This document shows, one piece after another, positions 41,901 to 55,392 of a stretch of DNA of 64,000 nucleotides. The DNA comes from Trichinella spiralis (lineage: Eukaryota), in the NCBI RefSeq assembly GCF_000181795.1, contig NW_003526941.1:7501118-7565117 (forward strand). Direction: 5' to 3'. Below the pieces are notes generated by a model. That model was not told where the DNA came from. It saw only the letters and a list, made by a program, of their open reading frames with translations, and did no database searches. Each line of letters begins with the position of its first letter. The first letter of the stretch is position 1. Both the position numbers and the translations under genes were made by a program.

Positions 41901-44900
41901 TTCGTTCACGTGATATGCACGCTTTTAGCAGTAGTTGTCTGGTGAAATTGTTCGAACATTTTTATACGGTTTTTGCGCCTCCTACATTTGTCCAAAACCG
42001 CTCGCAGAAGCGTTCGGCGGAAATGAAAATTGTCACCATCATCTCAACGTATATATCATTTATATATTGAAATGGCAATATTTTATTTAAATAGTTTATT
42101 TTGTAATTTAACATAAAGTTTGATGAATTTCCTTTTCAATATTGTACATTGTCATTTTGAACGAACATTGTTGCCCTTTGATTGATTGATCTAGTCGAAG
42201 GGAGAAGTTGAAAAATTTACCAGCACAGTTCAATCATGAATGTAAAATTACTGCCAGCCTGCTTTTTCAAATAAAGCAACATTTCTCTGCTGAATCAATT
42301 TCGATTAGCCAATTTTGACCGTCGTCGCGTCATTTGAACTGAACATTTTCCCCACAATTCCATACTATCACTGACATTGTCACTGTCACTGACCGGCATT
42401 TTATTATTCAAAATGAAATGAAGAGAAACAAAAGCAGAGTTCAATGTACTTTGCACATGTGTAACTCATGTTGGATCGTTTGATAATTGTTTTTTGTTTG
42501 TTTGTTTTCCAAATTTCATCACTCAATTATTGCTTAGCATTGGACAATCTTTATTAGTCAGATCGGTTGATTTTGATTTTAAGTGGTATTTTTGATTAGT
42601 TCATTTGAAAATCCCAAACTCTACCAGGATTTATTTTTCATTTATTTACTGTACATTTTAAATTTGATTTTCAAGTTGAAATTCAACGATTCATTGATTC
42701 AAAATCTTTGGTGTAGTATTCATAATTGAAAATCTTGTTTTTTTTCAAAATAATATATTGATCCTAAAGAATATAATAATCAATACTAAAATAATTATTT
42801 CTGCAAGCTGTATTCTTTTTTTTCTGTTGATTTCGAGTGATAATGTTTAACAATTGTTTCGAAGTTTTCAAACAAAATGATCAAATGCGATCATTTCATC
42901 GTTCATATTTCCATTAATTCTATTGTTCAATTGTATCCAGTTGAAAATATTTCTCGTATTTTTTTCGTTGAAATTCAAACTTACTGTTCTACAATTATTG
43001 TTTGAACTGCTTTGTTTGCCAACCAATCCACTTGTTTTGTGCACGTGAAATGCATGTGCTGTGTTCATTATTTCAAGTTTTCCATTTTTCCTGAAGCATG
43101 TTTAATTCTTGGTGCGATGAAGAAAATCGCAATTGGATAAGCTTATTCAGTGTGTGTTCAATTTTCATTAGTGAAATCATTAATGACAATATCGATTTGT
43201 TCAGTCGGGCTCTGAGAAGATGTATATTTTTCTTTTCTTTTTTCAAAGATTCCCATGCTCAAATAGAAAGCGACGAAATTGAGCTCAGCTTTAGTTGTTG
43301 TTTACGTCGTCGACTGTATATCGTCATTGCATATATGTATATAGTTCATTTATACTATAATGGTAGTTTTAATTAAAAATAAATGTTTACTGTTTATTAA
43401 GGCTTGATTTGAATTATCTTGACGTTGACAATAGAATTCATTTAATCAAAATACAATAAATGGTGAGCATGAATGGAAAGTAGCTGAAAAATATTTAAAA
43501 AACTAGCAAAAGAATATTATTCGAACAGTTTATTGTTAACATGGAAACAAACGTTGGAATTGATTAGATTCTTAATTTAGATTTCAAGCACGTTTTTCAG
43601 GCTGATGTTTATCTATAGACGGCGTTCAAGTAGGCTTTTGCTACTCATTTGAGGTGAAATCAATAATGCATTTGATCAATCTGCAGTTAACCGTCCAATC
43701 AATAGAAGCTCAAATTAGCGGATTAGTTACTGAAATAATTTTTTGCATCAAATTTCTAAGCTATTTGTAAATATAACTTGTTGTTGTTGTTGTTGAGTGG
43801 AGTTGGGAAATCGACACTTGTTGTCGTATTATATGTTGTAATTTTATAATTATTCAAATTTTATTTTCATATTAACAGTGATATCACTATGGGACAAATT
43901 TATTTTCCACAAGAAAATTATCAATTTCTTTTTGCAAAATAAACATCCTACTGCATTTTATTTCATTTATCAATACCATTTTGTATTTTAAATTCATCTT
44001 CGTATTTTATACTTTGATTTATCCATATTTTTTTTGCGAAGTTGCTTTTTTACAAATTATTAAATGGTACATGTTGTCGAAAATTTGTCACAGGTGATTG
44101 TTATATCAAGCAGTTTTTTATTCTTCTACAAAAATTATCTGACATGATCTTAATTTTGAGATTGATTTCTTTCTTTTTTGGAAGTTGTTGTTGTGGTGAT
44201 GAGAAAGTGCAAGTTTGGCTGTATTATTTTCAATATTTATTTTGTTATTTGCTTGTTTAGAAATGCTTGAAAGTGAAATTTCTTCAAATAATTTGTTGAA
44301 ATTCGTACGACGATTATTATGTATATTTTCTACTGATAAGAATGTCTGCCGTGCATGGCTGTGTTAGCTCTTTAATTTCAATTACTTCCTTCTTATTATT
44401 CACTATCATAGTCTATATAATCTTCCTTCTGGCAAATTTAATTGTGCCTAGATTTTGAAGAAAGTATTGCTAGGTTTTTTGCTGATGCTGGTGATTTCAG
44501 TTCTTCATTTTGATGTGATGATTCTTGAAATTGGGCTTTTGCAAGTTTTACTGGAAAATAGCAACAGCTGACACAATCGTTGACTCTATTTATTTATCAG
44601 AAAAACTTCAATTATCATTATTATTATTATCATTGTTGAATTTCTTTGAAAATGAAAAGAAATTTTTTTCTGAAATTAACAACAAGAAAATGAATTTCAA
44701 TTCAATATAAAATGCACATTCAACGGAATGCAAATTAGCATTACGAGTTTTACAAATAATTTATTGAATTCATTACGTTGGACTGTTTCGATTATTATCT
44801 TTCTTTTTGTTGATGATGAATGCATATTTTGTTTTTTCATGCTTTGAAATTTCAAGCGGATTGAAATCATTGAAAGAAAAGCTATGAATATTTTTTTCAA

Positions 44901-46422
44901 CTGCATTCAATTAGACAAACCATCTCAAAGCCAGATTCACTTGTGAATAATGAGCAATTCCGCGATGTGAAGATTGAATATGTGAAAGGGAGATTTGAAG
45001 TATAAAAATGCATTAACATTAAAATAGTGGATAAATTATCAATATTATGTGCAGTTCAGTTTAAGTTTCAACGACATTTTACGTGCTTTGCAATTTTTCA
45101 TATTTTTTTTATTTTCATTTTTTCACGTTTTTATCAAAAATAATGAGGGTGTTGCCAAATTTATGTTTAATACTGTACCCTGCAGATTGCATGTGATGCA
45201 ATAAAAAACAACAATAATTATAATAGAAAAATGAAGTTTGTCAAACACATTTCCTACCTGAATTGAATCTTCAACAGCAGCAGTAATGTAGCTATGTTCC
45301 GTATGATTAATCACTGTATTGTAGTATTTTTACAGATGAAACTGTTTAACGTGACAATGAGAAAGGGTGATTAATTAATTCGTGAACTGCATTTTGGAAA
45401 TCATTAAAGTAAGATAGTATCCAAAAAATGATATCTTCATCAAAAGCACTTATCGATCACACCTGGATGTTATTCTTTTTAAAAGCAATCGGTGTGTCGT
45501 GAAAACGTCAGAAGGAATATGAGCCACAGTAAACAGGAGATTTTCTCCACATTTTTCTAAGCTGAGACTTTGAAAAACAACAAAATTAAAGAAAAAAAAT
45601 ATTCAAAGCTACTTTTCTTAAGCCGAAAAATGGAAATTCTCAACGCTGCCAGTGATTGTCAGTAGCTTTCTGCCGAAGCAGCTGTTTTCACCACCTGCTG
45701 CTTCTTGTTTCGTAAGCTTCATAAGCAACAATTTCAAGTTCTTTGTTTTTTTTCTCATATATTCATTTTATTTTAATAACTTCGTCTTTTCCACTATTTT
45801 TCACATATTTGATAAATTTTCCTTTCATCTTTTAAACTTTTTCACTTGTAACAAAAGAAACCCAATATAAAGTGAGGGAAGTCTTTTTTATACGATGCTG
45901 ATTGTACAAAAAATTTTTCGCTTTGTTACGTAAACAATGCAAATAATGTTAATTGAAAAGATTTTAACCAATAATATTAATTACGATTATTTACATGTAA
46001 TGATTTTGTCGATGCTTTTTCCATATTTAATAGCAACCTTTGTTGAGCAAATGAATTTTGATGTGGCGATAATCAGTTTGATGAAAAAAACAACTACAAT
46101 ATTATTTGTTTTTGAAATTTAGCCACAAAGTTGGAAACGAACAATCTGCAAGCTGTTTCACTTTTATGTGAAGGCATTTTTTTCACAGTTATTATTAAAC
46201 ATGCTCCACCTAATGCAAAAAACATTACGATTTAACTTCTTTATTTCAAATTGCTTTTTCAAAATAAATATAAACTAATTTGAGCTAGCATACAAAGTTT
46301 ACACTTTATATTTTCCACCATTTTTAAAATATGATATTTGAACTTGATTGTATTTAATTTTATCGTAATGCGATGTAAATGTTATTTTTGAGATTAATTA
46401 TTTATGTTTCTTTAACAGGTAA

Positions 46423-49151
46423 ATGGCCAATAAATCAGAGAAATTTACAACAGCTATTTATAAGGTATTTGATTTTCAGAAATTTATAATTTCTTTTTTC
46501 TTTCTTACATTTTTACACTGAGCTTTATATTTTTCTGTAAAATGGTATTTCAGTATTTTTTTGTCCAGTCAATATTATTTTGAATGTTTTTAATTTTAGA
46601 ATTCTCCACTTCATAAAGTTCTTCTTGAATTTCAAGAAGAGATTCCTGGATTTTCATTTGACGCTGATGTTATTACTTATGAAGATCTACATCCTCAGTT
46701 AAACCGTGAAATTAAATCTACTTCATCAGATGCTGGTCAAAATGCAGTTGGAAAATTGTCTGTTAAAAGTTTTTGGAAACATTCATTTACAAGCACGGTA
46801 AACTGTTTGCTTATCGAATTATATTTGATATTGAAATCAGTTATTTTTTAGGATTTGAAATTTATAGCTGATTTAATTCATCTTTCAAAACAATCTGGAT
46901 TGTTAGAAGATGCTGATATGGCGTGTTTGAATGTAGTATTGGATGATTTTGGATGTGAAGTGAAGCAAGAGAAATTTTTCCATATTTTCAAGTTATTGTG
47001 TTTAGCTTTGATATTCAGGTTAATTTCTCAAAAAAATATTTTCAGGAAGAATTCATTTCTATTTATCACTGTATTCCTTGCTATACTTCTTTTATTGGAC
47101 ATGAACAGTTTATCTTTTGTAATTATCACCGTAATTTTTACAATATTGTCAGCAGCAACTTTGGCGATTCAAGTGATAGAATGGCGCCGAATGCAATACT
47201 GGAAGAAGTGCATCAACACGGCAAATTTATTTATATCTGCCAACAAGTCTCTGGATATGAAATTGAAGAATAGTGTAAAAGCTATTCGAGAATGGGAAAT
47301 TGTCAACTTGAGATTTAATAAGTACGATGATGTTTTATTGCTTTCACGAGAAAGAAAAGTACAATTGCTTGTTTTCTTTAATTTTAGAAAATTTTCTCCA
47401 AATATGCTAGATTGTGATATGGGTTTTACTTGTTATAATCCGTTGCGAAAGTGCATATTGGAAACTTGCACTCTACTAACCGAAACTTTCAGCAGTATTT
47501 TGAAAAAATCTCTATTGGAGTATGCAATTGTTATAAGCTGTAGGTTAATTGCATGCAAATATATTCTGATTAATTTTCAGAGAGAATGAACAAGTTGAAT
47601 TTAGCGAAGTTTTCAAACTTGCTCTGCGAAGCTTCACGTCAAATACAACACAAAATGAAGATATGACAAGTATGGGAAGTGTTGAAAATGGCGACATTCC
47701 TTTGCAATGTTTGAAAGTAAGTTGTATCATGACTTTTTGTAACATTTTATGGGAGAATCCAATAGTGAGAGCTTAATTTAAGTTAATTTTGTTTTGTTTC
47801 GTCAGTTTTTGAACGTCCATTGCTTTATGTGACACTAATGATAAATAATAGAGTAAAATGAAACGTATAAGGTTCAATATGAAATATTTTACTTATTTTT
47901 GTTTTTGTATTTTAATTTTTTTATGAATGCTGTGCAACGATGAAATTGATACGATCGAGAATTTTGCGCGTTGCAATTTTGCAATGTTGTACGCATTCTT
48001 GGAAATATCTGCAAGCGTTCGTTGGTGCGGCGGAGATGAGCTCGAAATTATCGAAGCGTTTGCATGGATGTGTTGATGCGGTGACGGCGTTGAATGACCA
48101 TTTCGCGTCGTTTTGCAAACAGCCTTTGTCGGTGAAGAGCGAATCAACCAATTTAGATGGTCTGCTATTCAAGAACAGTTTGCGAACACTTTGCACACAC
48201 GCATTCTGTTTGGCTGAGAGGTTTTCTTTTCTTCATTTTATTCATATCTCATCACAACTTTATTTTTTTTTCATTCTAAGATGTGCAGCTTTTGTTGAAA
48301 AGTTTGCCAACGATGAATCGTCTGTACAATTGGAACTGATGAAAGAGAAATTTGACGAATTTTCTGAAATTGTTCACGACGCATTGCAATGTATCGCAAG
48401 GTGCCTTGACAACGCTGCCGACGTGTTTCAAGAATGTCGATTGTCATCAAATGAATCTCCACTTTTAGGTGAAATTATAATATGTAATTATTGTTCATTT
48501 GAAATATTATCCATTTCAATTTGTAGATCCTTTTGTTTCTTTGGAATCTGAAAACTCTTCAACTGAAAACATGAAATTAATTTTACCGGAATTCGAAAAT
48601 CGCATTGTTGATCAGGTTTGTTTTAGAGTTTTACTTTTTTGTTGTTATTTTAATATTTTTCGAATAAAATCTGCTCATAGATTATTATTCTTTTTTGTTT
48701 GCTTCATTGATGAGTGTGATTTGTAGTTTGCTGTAACAATTGAACCAAGCATTGATTGTTTCAGGTTTTTCAAGCTGATACTGGTGAAGAGAACTGTAAT
48801 TTGTCTTCTGAATGTACAACTGCTGAACAGCAGAAATTTGATGATGACCAAGATCGAGCAAAGTTGCAGCGTCACTTGCTGGGTGAGTTGAAGGTGGTTT
48901 TGCAAGGCGTGGAAAAGAGATGGCGTGTACGAGAACAACGAGCTTTGGGTAGTAATTCAGCTGCTGCTGCAGCACGGGACGGCGGCAGCAGCAGCAGCAG
49001 CGGCAACTTGGGCAATGATGTCGAAAATGAGAAGAAATTAATTAATGAAACCACCAACAGTGGCAATTTGTGGACTACCCCTGCACGCAGCGAATTTGCA
49101 GCCCAGTTGGACAAATTGTTGAGCCATCACATTTCAGAAACGAAGCAGTAG
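46423..49151 (+). CDS. VEZT: Vezatin, about 9 exons; one acceptor is non-canonical (see findings)
   Basis: AIYK|NSPLHKVL, LLEDADM, TM segment, KAIREWEIVNLRF, PLRKCI, IPLQCLK, SLRTLCTH, DQ|VFQADTG and LLGELKVVL follow the order of vezatin conserved blocks as I recall them; no alignment was run. Confidence 0.8.
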
Positions 49152-49457
49152 AACAAAGCAAGAACAAAAAGAACTATCATATATTCTCAAGTAAAGTAAG
49201 CAAGTTTTTATTTTGTTTTCATTTTGAAACCATCAGTTTGATAATGAAATGATTTTTAATATTTGTTATGCATGAAAATGTGAGGGGATTTTTTTTCGTG
49301 CTTTTATACAGCTTTTTCCAATGTGTGAATATGTGGTGTTATGGTGTGCTGTTAATTTGCAATTGAGAGTAGTAACAGAATGGATAACTAGAATACGCTT
49401 AGGGGAAAAGAAAACCAGTGAGATTTTGAAATAACCCATTTCCAATCGCCAAACAAA

Positions 49458-50871
49458 TCAAACAATTTGCCAGCCGATGTTAGCCGCGTAAACGCTACTC
49501 CAACGAATGCGGTAAGGTACACATCGGGTATGCATTCGGCGTAGTAGTGTCATTTCTTTGTAAGCATCTTTGGGTAGATGATTGACGGCCCAACCGTGCA
49601 GACCTTTTCCTAGCACTGAATAGCAGAAAATTGTTTCCACTTGGTTTGCCGTTTGGCGAGTCAAATAGCTGGTGCAAGCGTACAGTAATGCCGTTGCCGC
49701 TTGTTCATTTTCCGCATACATGCAGAGAATTTTTTCGGGCATGAACATCAGATAGCCTTGCAAATTATGCGCGGAGCTTTTGTTGTGATGACAGACCAAA
49801 AATTGCACATCCAACGCATCGTGCAAGTATTTCACGTATTCCATGCGAACAGCACTGCTCACTTTGTAATCGTATTGTTGCAACGCGTTCAGCATTTCCG
49901 GATCGTGAAAATCCAACGACAGAATTGTGTGATCACTGTCTACCGACTGTTGGATGTTTTTCTTCAAAGCGACATGCATGGCTTTGATGTTCGTGTTAAG
50001 CTGTACGAATTGGCAGCTTTCACTGACGACGAAACCAAGTCGATCCCGGAACAGTTGCATTTGTTCACTATTTTTCGGTATGTCTACGGTAACGTTGCAG
50101 GCTTGGTCGAAGTTCACGATGCCGAACATCTTTTCGGTCAGCATGTTGAACATGAACTGGTGAATAAGAGCATCGGGCTTCGACTGGTGCAATTTGGAAA
50201 AATTTCCATCGAATCCAACGGGCGGCTTGTGGTTCGTTTTGGCCACGGTCAACCAACCGCCATGCGTCTCAGCCATGACCACACGCACGTGACGATCTTG
50301 CAAATCCGGCTCTGATTGGCAAAAGCACAGGTAGCCAGTCTCATCGCTGAGACGAACCATGGCTGCTGCACCGCACGGTTTGCCGTCTTGGGCATCTTCG
50401 GCAATGACCGTTCGAACACGATCCGTTTGGAACAATGGATTCGTGACTTCCAGTACAGGCACTGGCACGTCTTCGTCACGACGGACATTGTTGCGCAGGA
50501 ACCAGTCAATATCTTGCCAATTGAACGCAGCTTTGTGTTGTGGAATATGCGCAATTACTTGCAACGGCATGGTCTTTTTGTCTGCCTTTATCCCTGCAAT
50601 GGTAGATATAAAATGTGCTATTTATTGTCGATACAGACAGAAGATCTCAGTGCAGAAAACAGATTTTTTTTACTTTATTATTGGAAATTATCATCATTTA
50701 TTTTTGTGGTTTTTTTGGTTTGTGGGTTTTCGAATATAATTTTCCATACTTACATTGTGTTTCGAGATATGATTGTGGTTGATCGTTTGTGTACAAGTAG
50801 ATTGGTGTTTTGATCAGTTCGCCCAAGCATGGCGACAAGTCCTGAACAAAACTCGCAACTGACATGGTCAT
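49458..50871 (-). CDS. Uncharacterised protein of about 417 aa, probable tandem GNAT-fold (YitH/Acetyltransf_18/DUF1248-like), 2 exons
   Basis: 370-codon ORF 50570-49458 plus an in-frame upstream exon 50871-50754 (GTAAGT donor, TTGCAG acceptor before 50593, both phase 1). The pattern LQQYD…R..YV…GY…MYAE…A.ALL…RMHT…P..IRWSSVY resembles this family; coding status is strong, family assignment moderate. Confidence 0.65.
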
Positions 50872-51029
50872 CTTGGAAGCGACGGATTTGATGACTTTGT
50901 TGAATTTACAATAGCAACAACACGAGATGCAGAAGCAGATCTTCGAACAGTGAGAAAAATGAACCAGGCGAGGGGGAAGAAACCTGAGGACTGAGTAACG
51001 GTTCAAATTAAGCAGAAAGTGTCTCTGTG

Positions 51030-51146
51030 TGAGAGGGAGAGAGAGAGAGATAGAGAAATTAAAAGATGTGGTGTCGAATGACAAGAGCAATAGCAGTCGA
51101 ATGAACCAAGGGAAAAAGAACGAGAGCGAGAGAGAGAGAGAGAGAG
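51030..51146. repeat. Two (GA)n tracts upstream of the GNAT-like gene
   Basis: GA runs at about 51030-51056 and 51122-51146. Confidence 0.85.
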
Positions 51147-54100
51147 TTGAAGAAAACAAGCGGTCAAATGATGCCAAATGAAGTAGAAGAGCTGCTTTGC
51201 ACAACTAACTGGCGCGTAAAAATTGTGGAAGCGTTGGCGTTGGAGAAATCGGTTAGAAGATCAGACACTTTCTGACGTGTGCTGATTTGGCCCACTCCAT
51301 AGGCGACCGCCGTGCAGCGCCACTGTTGACAAACAACGCTATACGTACATGGAAAGTTCTCTTAGCAGGCAGATGGGAAATTGGTCAAAATTGGCCAGAA
51401 GGCGGGAAACTACCCGCTGCTTAAAAGTGACAGTATTATCTAGATACTTGTCCGATTTTGATCGACCTAATTCACCGAGGCACTAATTTTTCGAACATCT
51501 CATCTCATCTTCACCAACCGAAGGGGGTCAATTTATAGCCAACGGCTTTGATGTTTTTGGTTTTTTTGCGTGTGTATTTTGCTTTTTCTTGTCTATTTCT
51601 CTTTCATACTGTTTTTTTCCTCTACTACAAACATATATTTATTTGGTCGAAAAAAACTGACAAACTGCTCCTACTTATTCTTCAAAAAAATTCCCTCTTT
51701 TTTACACAGTGCTGTTGTATTATTATTATTTATGATTAGGACATATTTTTTAAAAATATTTATGAAATTAGCGCACATATCTGTGCTAAGCTAAGTTGTA
51801 TTACAACATGTTGTGTACACATGCCCATGCATGCACGTGATAAAGCTCTCATATGTTGACAATTTTGCATAATTTGATCCAAAATTTGCCACGGGTCATT
51901 TGTTAGTAAGTACGTGAAAGGTTGTTGTTTTAAATGGCCTAAATTTATATTTTTGGAATCATGACGTAGCACGTGCATTTGCATGCGTGGCACAATTTTT
52001 GATAAAGTGAACCAACTACATCAATGGGTTTGAGAAAAAGATTCATTTATTATTATAATTATTATTATGTATCGTTTGGTGGGTTTTGAGAACCATTGAA
52101 TGGAGATGCAATTGATGCAGATTTGTTGTTATTCTTGAATTAGAATAGAAAGGAAAAGACACAGGCGAATAATAAAATAGGTGTTCGGTGTTCAAATGAA
52201 TAGATTTCAGTGGTGATCCATCCATTCGACAAGACAAGAAATGAATGTGAGCAAATATGACAAGATAAAAATATCGAAAGTAGGATAGATTTTATTTTTG
52301 GAATATGAAAAGTTGGATGACAGGCAGACAATGAGAGAAATGGAGAATCTGTTGGGTGAGAAAGGAAACTATGTTAGAAATGAATGTCAAATTTTTATTC
52401 TCTCGATTTTGATGAATAATCTTTTTGCCTTTTTCAACAATTTTATCTATGCATAATTTGAAACTTTTGAGTTTTTTTGAACATTAGAAAGCTAGAAAAA
52501 GATCGATCATGGATGTTTCATAGGAAGATGCGTTTTTGATGAGAGGGAGAGGAAAAAAGAAGCGCTAGAACATTTTTAAAATTAGTACAAACGAGATGTG
52601 GAGCAATTGACCTAGAGGTTTCGAGGTTTCATTCAGTCATCTGTAGGAAATAAATTTCAAGTTGTTCAAGAATGGATGTTTTTCATCTTCTGCCAAAAAT
52701 TAGGTTCTCAGCAATAATATAATGCACGATTGTCTGTGTCGCATGTAGGTTGGTTGTTACACACACATGCGAATAATTAGTTGAGGGGTTTTTCACTATT
52801 TTTAGCGAATTATGATGATAATTATGCTGATGATTGGAAAGTTGAACAAAGAAAGAGAATGGGGGAAGGGATTTTTTTAAACAAATAAAGTTTCTGGCCA
52901 TTGAAGGAGAATTGTTTTTCGACCAACAGAGAGAAAGAGGGAGCATAAATATTTTATTGGAATGGCCTGATTTTTGGCATGTTCTTTTTATCCTTGAACA
53001 ACATTTTGTCGAACTATTTTCTTCAATAGCCATAGGGAAAAGATTCTTGTCTATTTTTATTATGACTGTGGTGATTTTGTTGCAAAATGCGGCTAGAAAA
53101 ATAAGCATCATGCTTGACACAACTCCATCCGATTCACTGAACATTTATTTCTGTTATGTAAAAGTTACGTTGCAATTTTTTCAATTTTAAACTTTTATGC
53201 TATTATTGTTTGTTCGTCTCTGTGGCGCAATGCAGTTGTAATCTAGCTGCCGCGATGCCTGTTGCTTTTGAGCGAAATTTTTATTCAAGGCCGAAAAAGT
53301 TATCATCATCAATTATTTATTATCCTTTGAAAATTGATGCCAGTCTTAACTATCTTTATATCACAACCGCTTCAAGAAAATATTTCACCAGAAAAACAAC
53401 CTTCTAAAATGCTTCTCATAAATAATAATACTGGCAATGATGAATTGCTCGATAAATTTCAAATTTACTTCATTTCTGTTATCAATTAATTCGTTTTTAG
53501 TTTCGCTTTTAACATCAACAACTTTTACTGTAATATTTCCATTTGAAAAAAAATATATATATTATTTCATTTGTTGAATGTTAAATTGAACAAAAAAGTA
53601 CTTACCGATTCAAAAGTTCGTTTCGTTGCAGCAGAAGGTGCTCTTTGCTGCTTTTTGTTCGTGTTGTTGCACCGTGAATTATGTATATATTTACTTGGTT
53701 AGGAATGTAAGTGATAGCATCTTCTATGCAAATTTATTTTCCAAGAATTAGAGTGATTGATAGCTTAACGCGTGTGTGCATGTAATTGCAATGTGCGTGC
53801 AATGTTCGTTGTAGTGCGTGTTTTTTTCCCTTCACCGCTCCAAAGCTTATTTCATTGTTGTTAATTATATTTTGATTTTTATCGAACAAACTAACATTTT
53901 GAGAACGGTTTTTTTGTACCACAATTGGCAGAAGTTTATTGAAATCGTTTTGTGAAAAACTGTTTGTTGCGATTTGATACAATGCATTATAAATTGCGCT
54001 GAAGTAGTAAAATAATGGGAATTTTAATTGAAGTAGATTTTCAAAATACCAACTTTTTATTTTCTGCTGAAAACACGAAAGCGACGTAATTAACATAAAT

Positions 54101-55392
54101 TCCACAGCTTGTCGTAAACAGTAAATTGTTTTTTACGCATCAACGCAAAGTTGGTAAGATACAACGAATTGTGATTAAAAATAAGCATGAAAACATTGAA
54201 ATTTAATCGTCGTTGAAAAAGCATTTTTGTTCTGGAACTCGTGAAATATCAAATGCCAATCCCAATAACAAAATTGATACAGTCGAATGGTGGTGCATCC
54301 ACACGACGATCATGTCAGAAAATTAATTACCTCCTGAACTATTTTTGATCGTACGAATTTTTAATTAAAAACTCGTGGTTGCTTCATGCTGAACGTCTAA
54401 GAAGTTAAAAATTGATTGAAATTCCACTTCTGTTTAAAATTTTAAAATAAACGATAGCAACGGGACCTATTGAAATTGTCAATAAATTCACCGTCGGAGC
54501 AAACGCAAGCTGCTCGTTGTTAATTACTGGTAGTGTAATTTATCTTTTTTAATTATTTAACCAAATTTAGAAATTGGAAATTAATGAATATCATTTTTTT
54601 TCTATAAGTAATGAATTTCGAAAGTTATTCGTAAAAATTTTGCTTAGTCAAGTAAATTCTTTTAGAAATTTGCTCATACCACAAATGTAGTGTAAAAATT
54701 TTTTTCATAAAAATGAAAATATTTATTAAAAAAATAAAACTATGCAAATTATTTTATTAGTTCTCCAATGTAACAAATTGCAACATTTATACGTTTTATT
54801 ACTGTAATTACATATATTGTAACCTGCATTTTATCATGAAGTTACTGTAGTAAATCAACGTGATTCTTCGATAGTAATTTTTCCACAGTTTCAGGTATTT
54901 TTTTGAGGTTATTGATGTTTTTTTAATTTTTATCTCAGACGAAATGAATTTTCCTCAACTAAATGATCACATTCGATCACGTGCTTTCTGTGCATGTGAT
55001 GAAGATGTTTTTTGTTCTGTTGGGCGCGTTTTCTGACTTCGCATGGTAATCTTTTTATCTCTCTTGATCATTTTTGATTCAGTTTTGAAAACCCAACTCT
55101 CGAGGGTGTAAGTCTTTTTTTTTCACAGGAAATATTGATTTCTTTTTGAATATTTTTGCCACGACAACCGTGTTGCTTTTTCAACGAAGCGCATTGCTTG
55201 CTGTGATTTTTATTAATTTGCCACTGCGAATTCGTCGATTGCTCGGCGTGGCAGTTTTGTTTGTTTCTTGCTTTCTGGACCGCTTGATCATTTGAACGTT
55301 GCACAATTTTTGTTTGCAGTGAAAAATGTTTGATTTCAGCAAGTAGAAATTTGTCTGCTCGCGACGCTTGGTGTGCTGTTTCTGTTGGCCAG

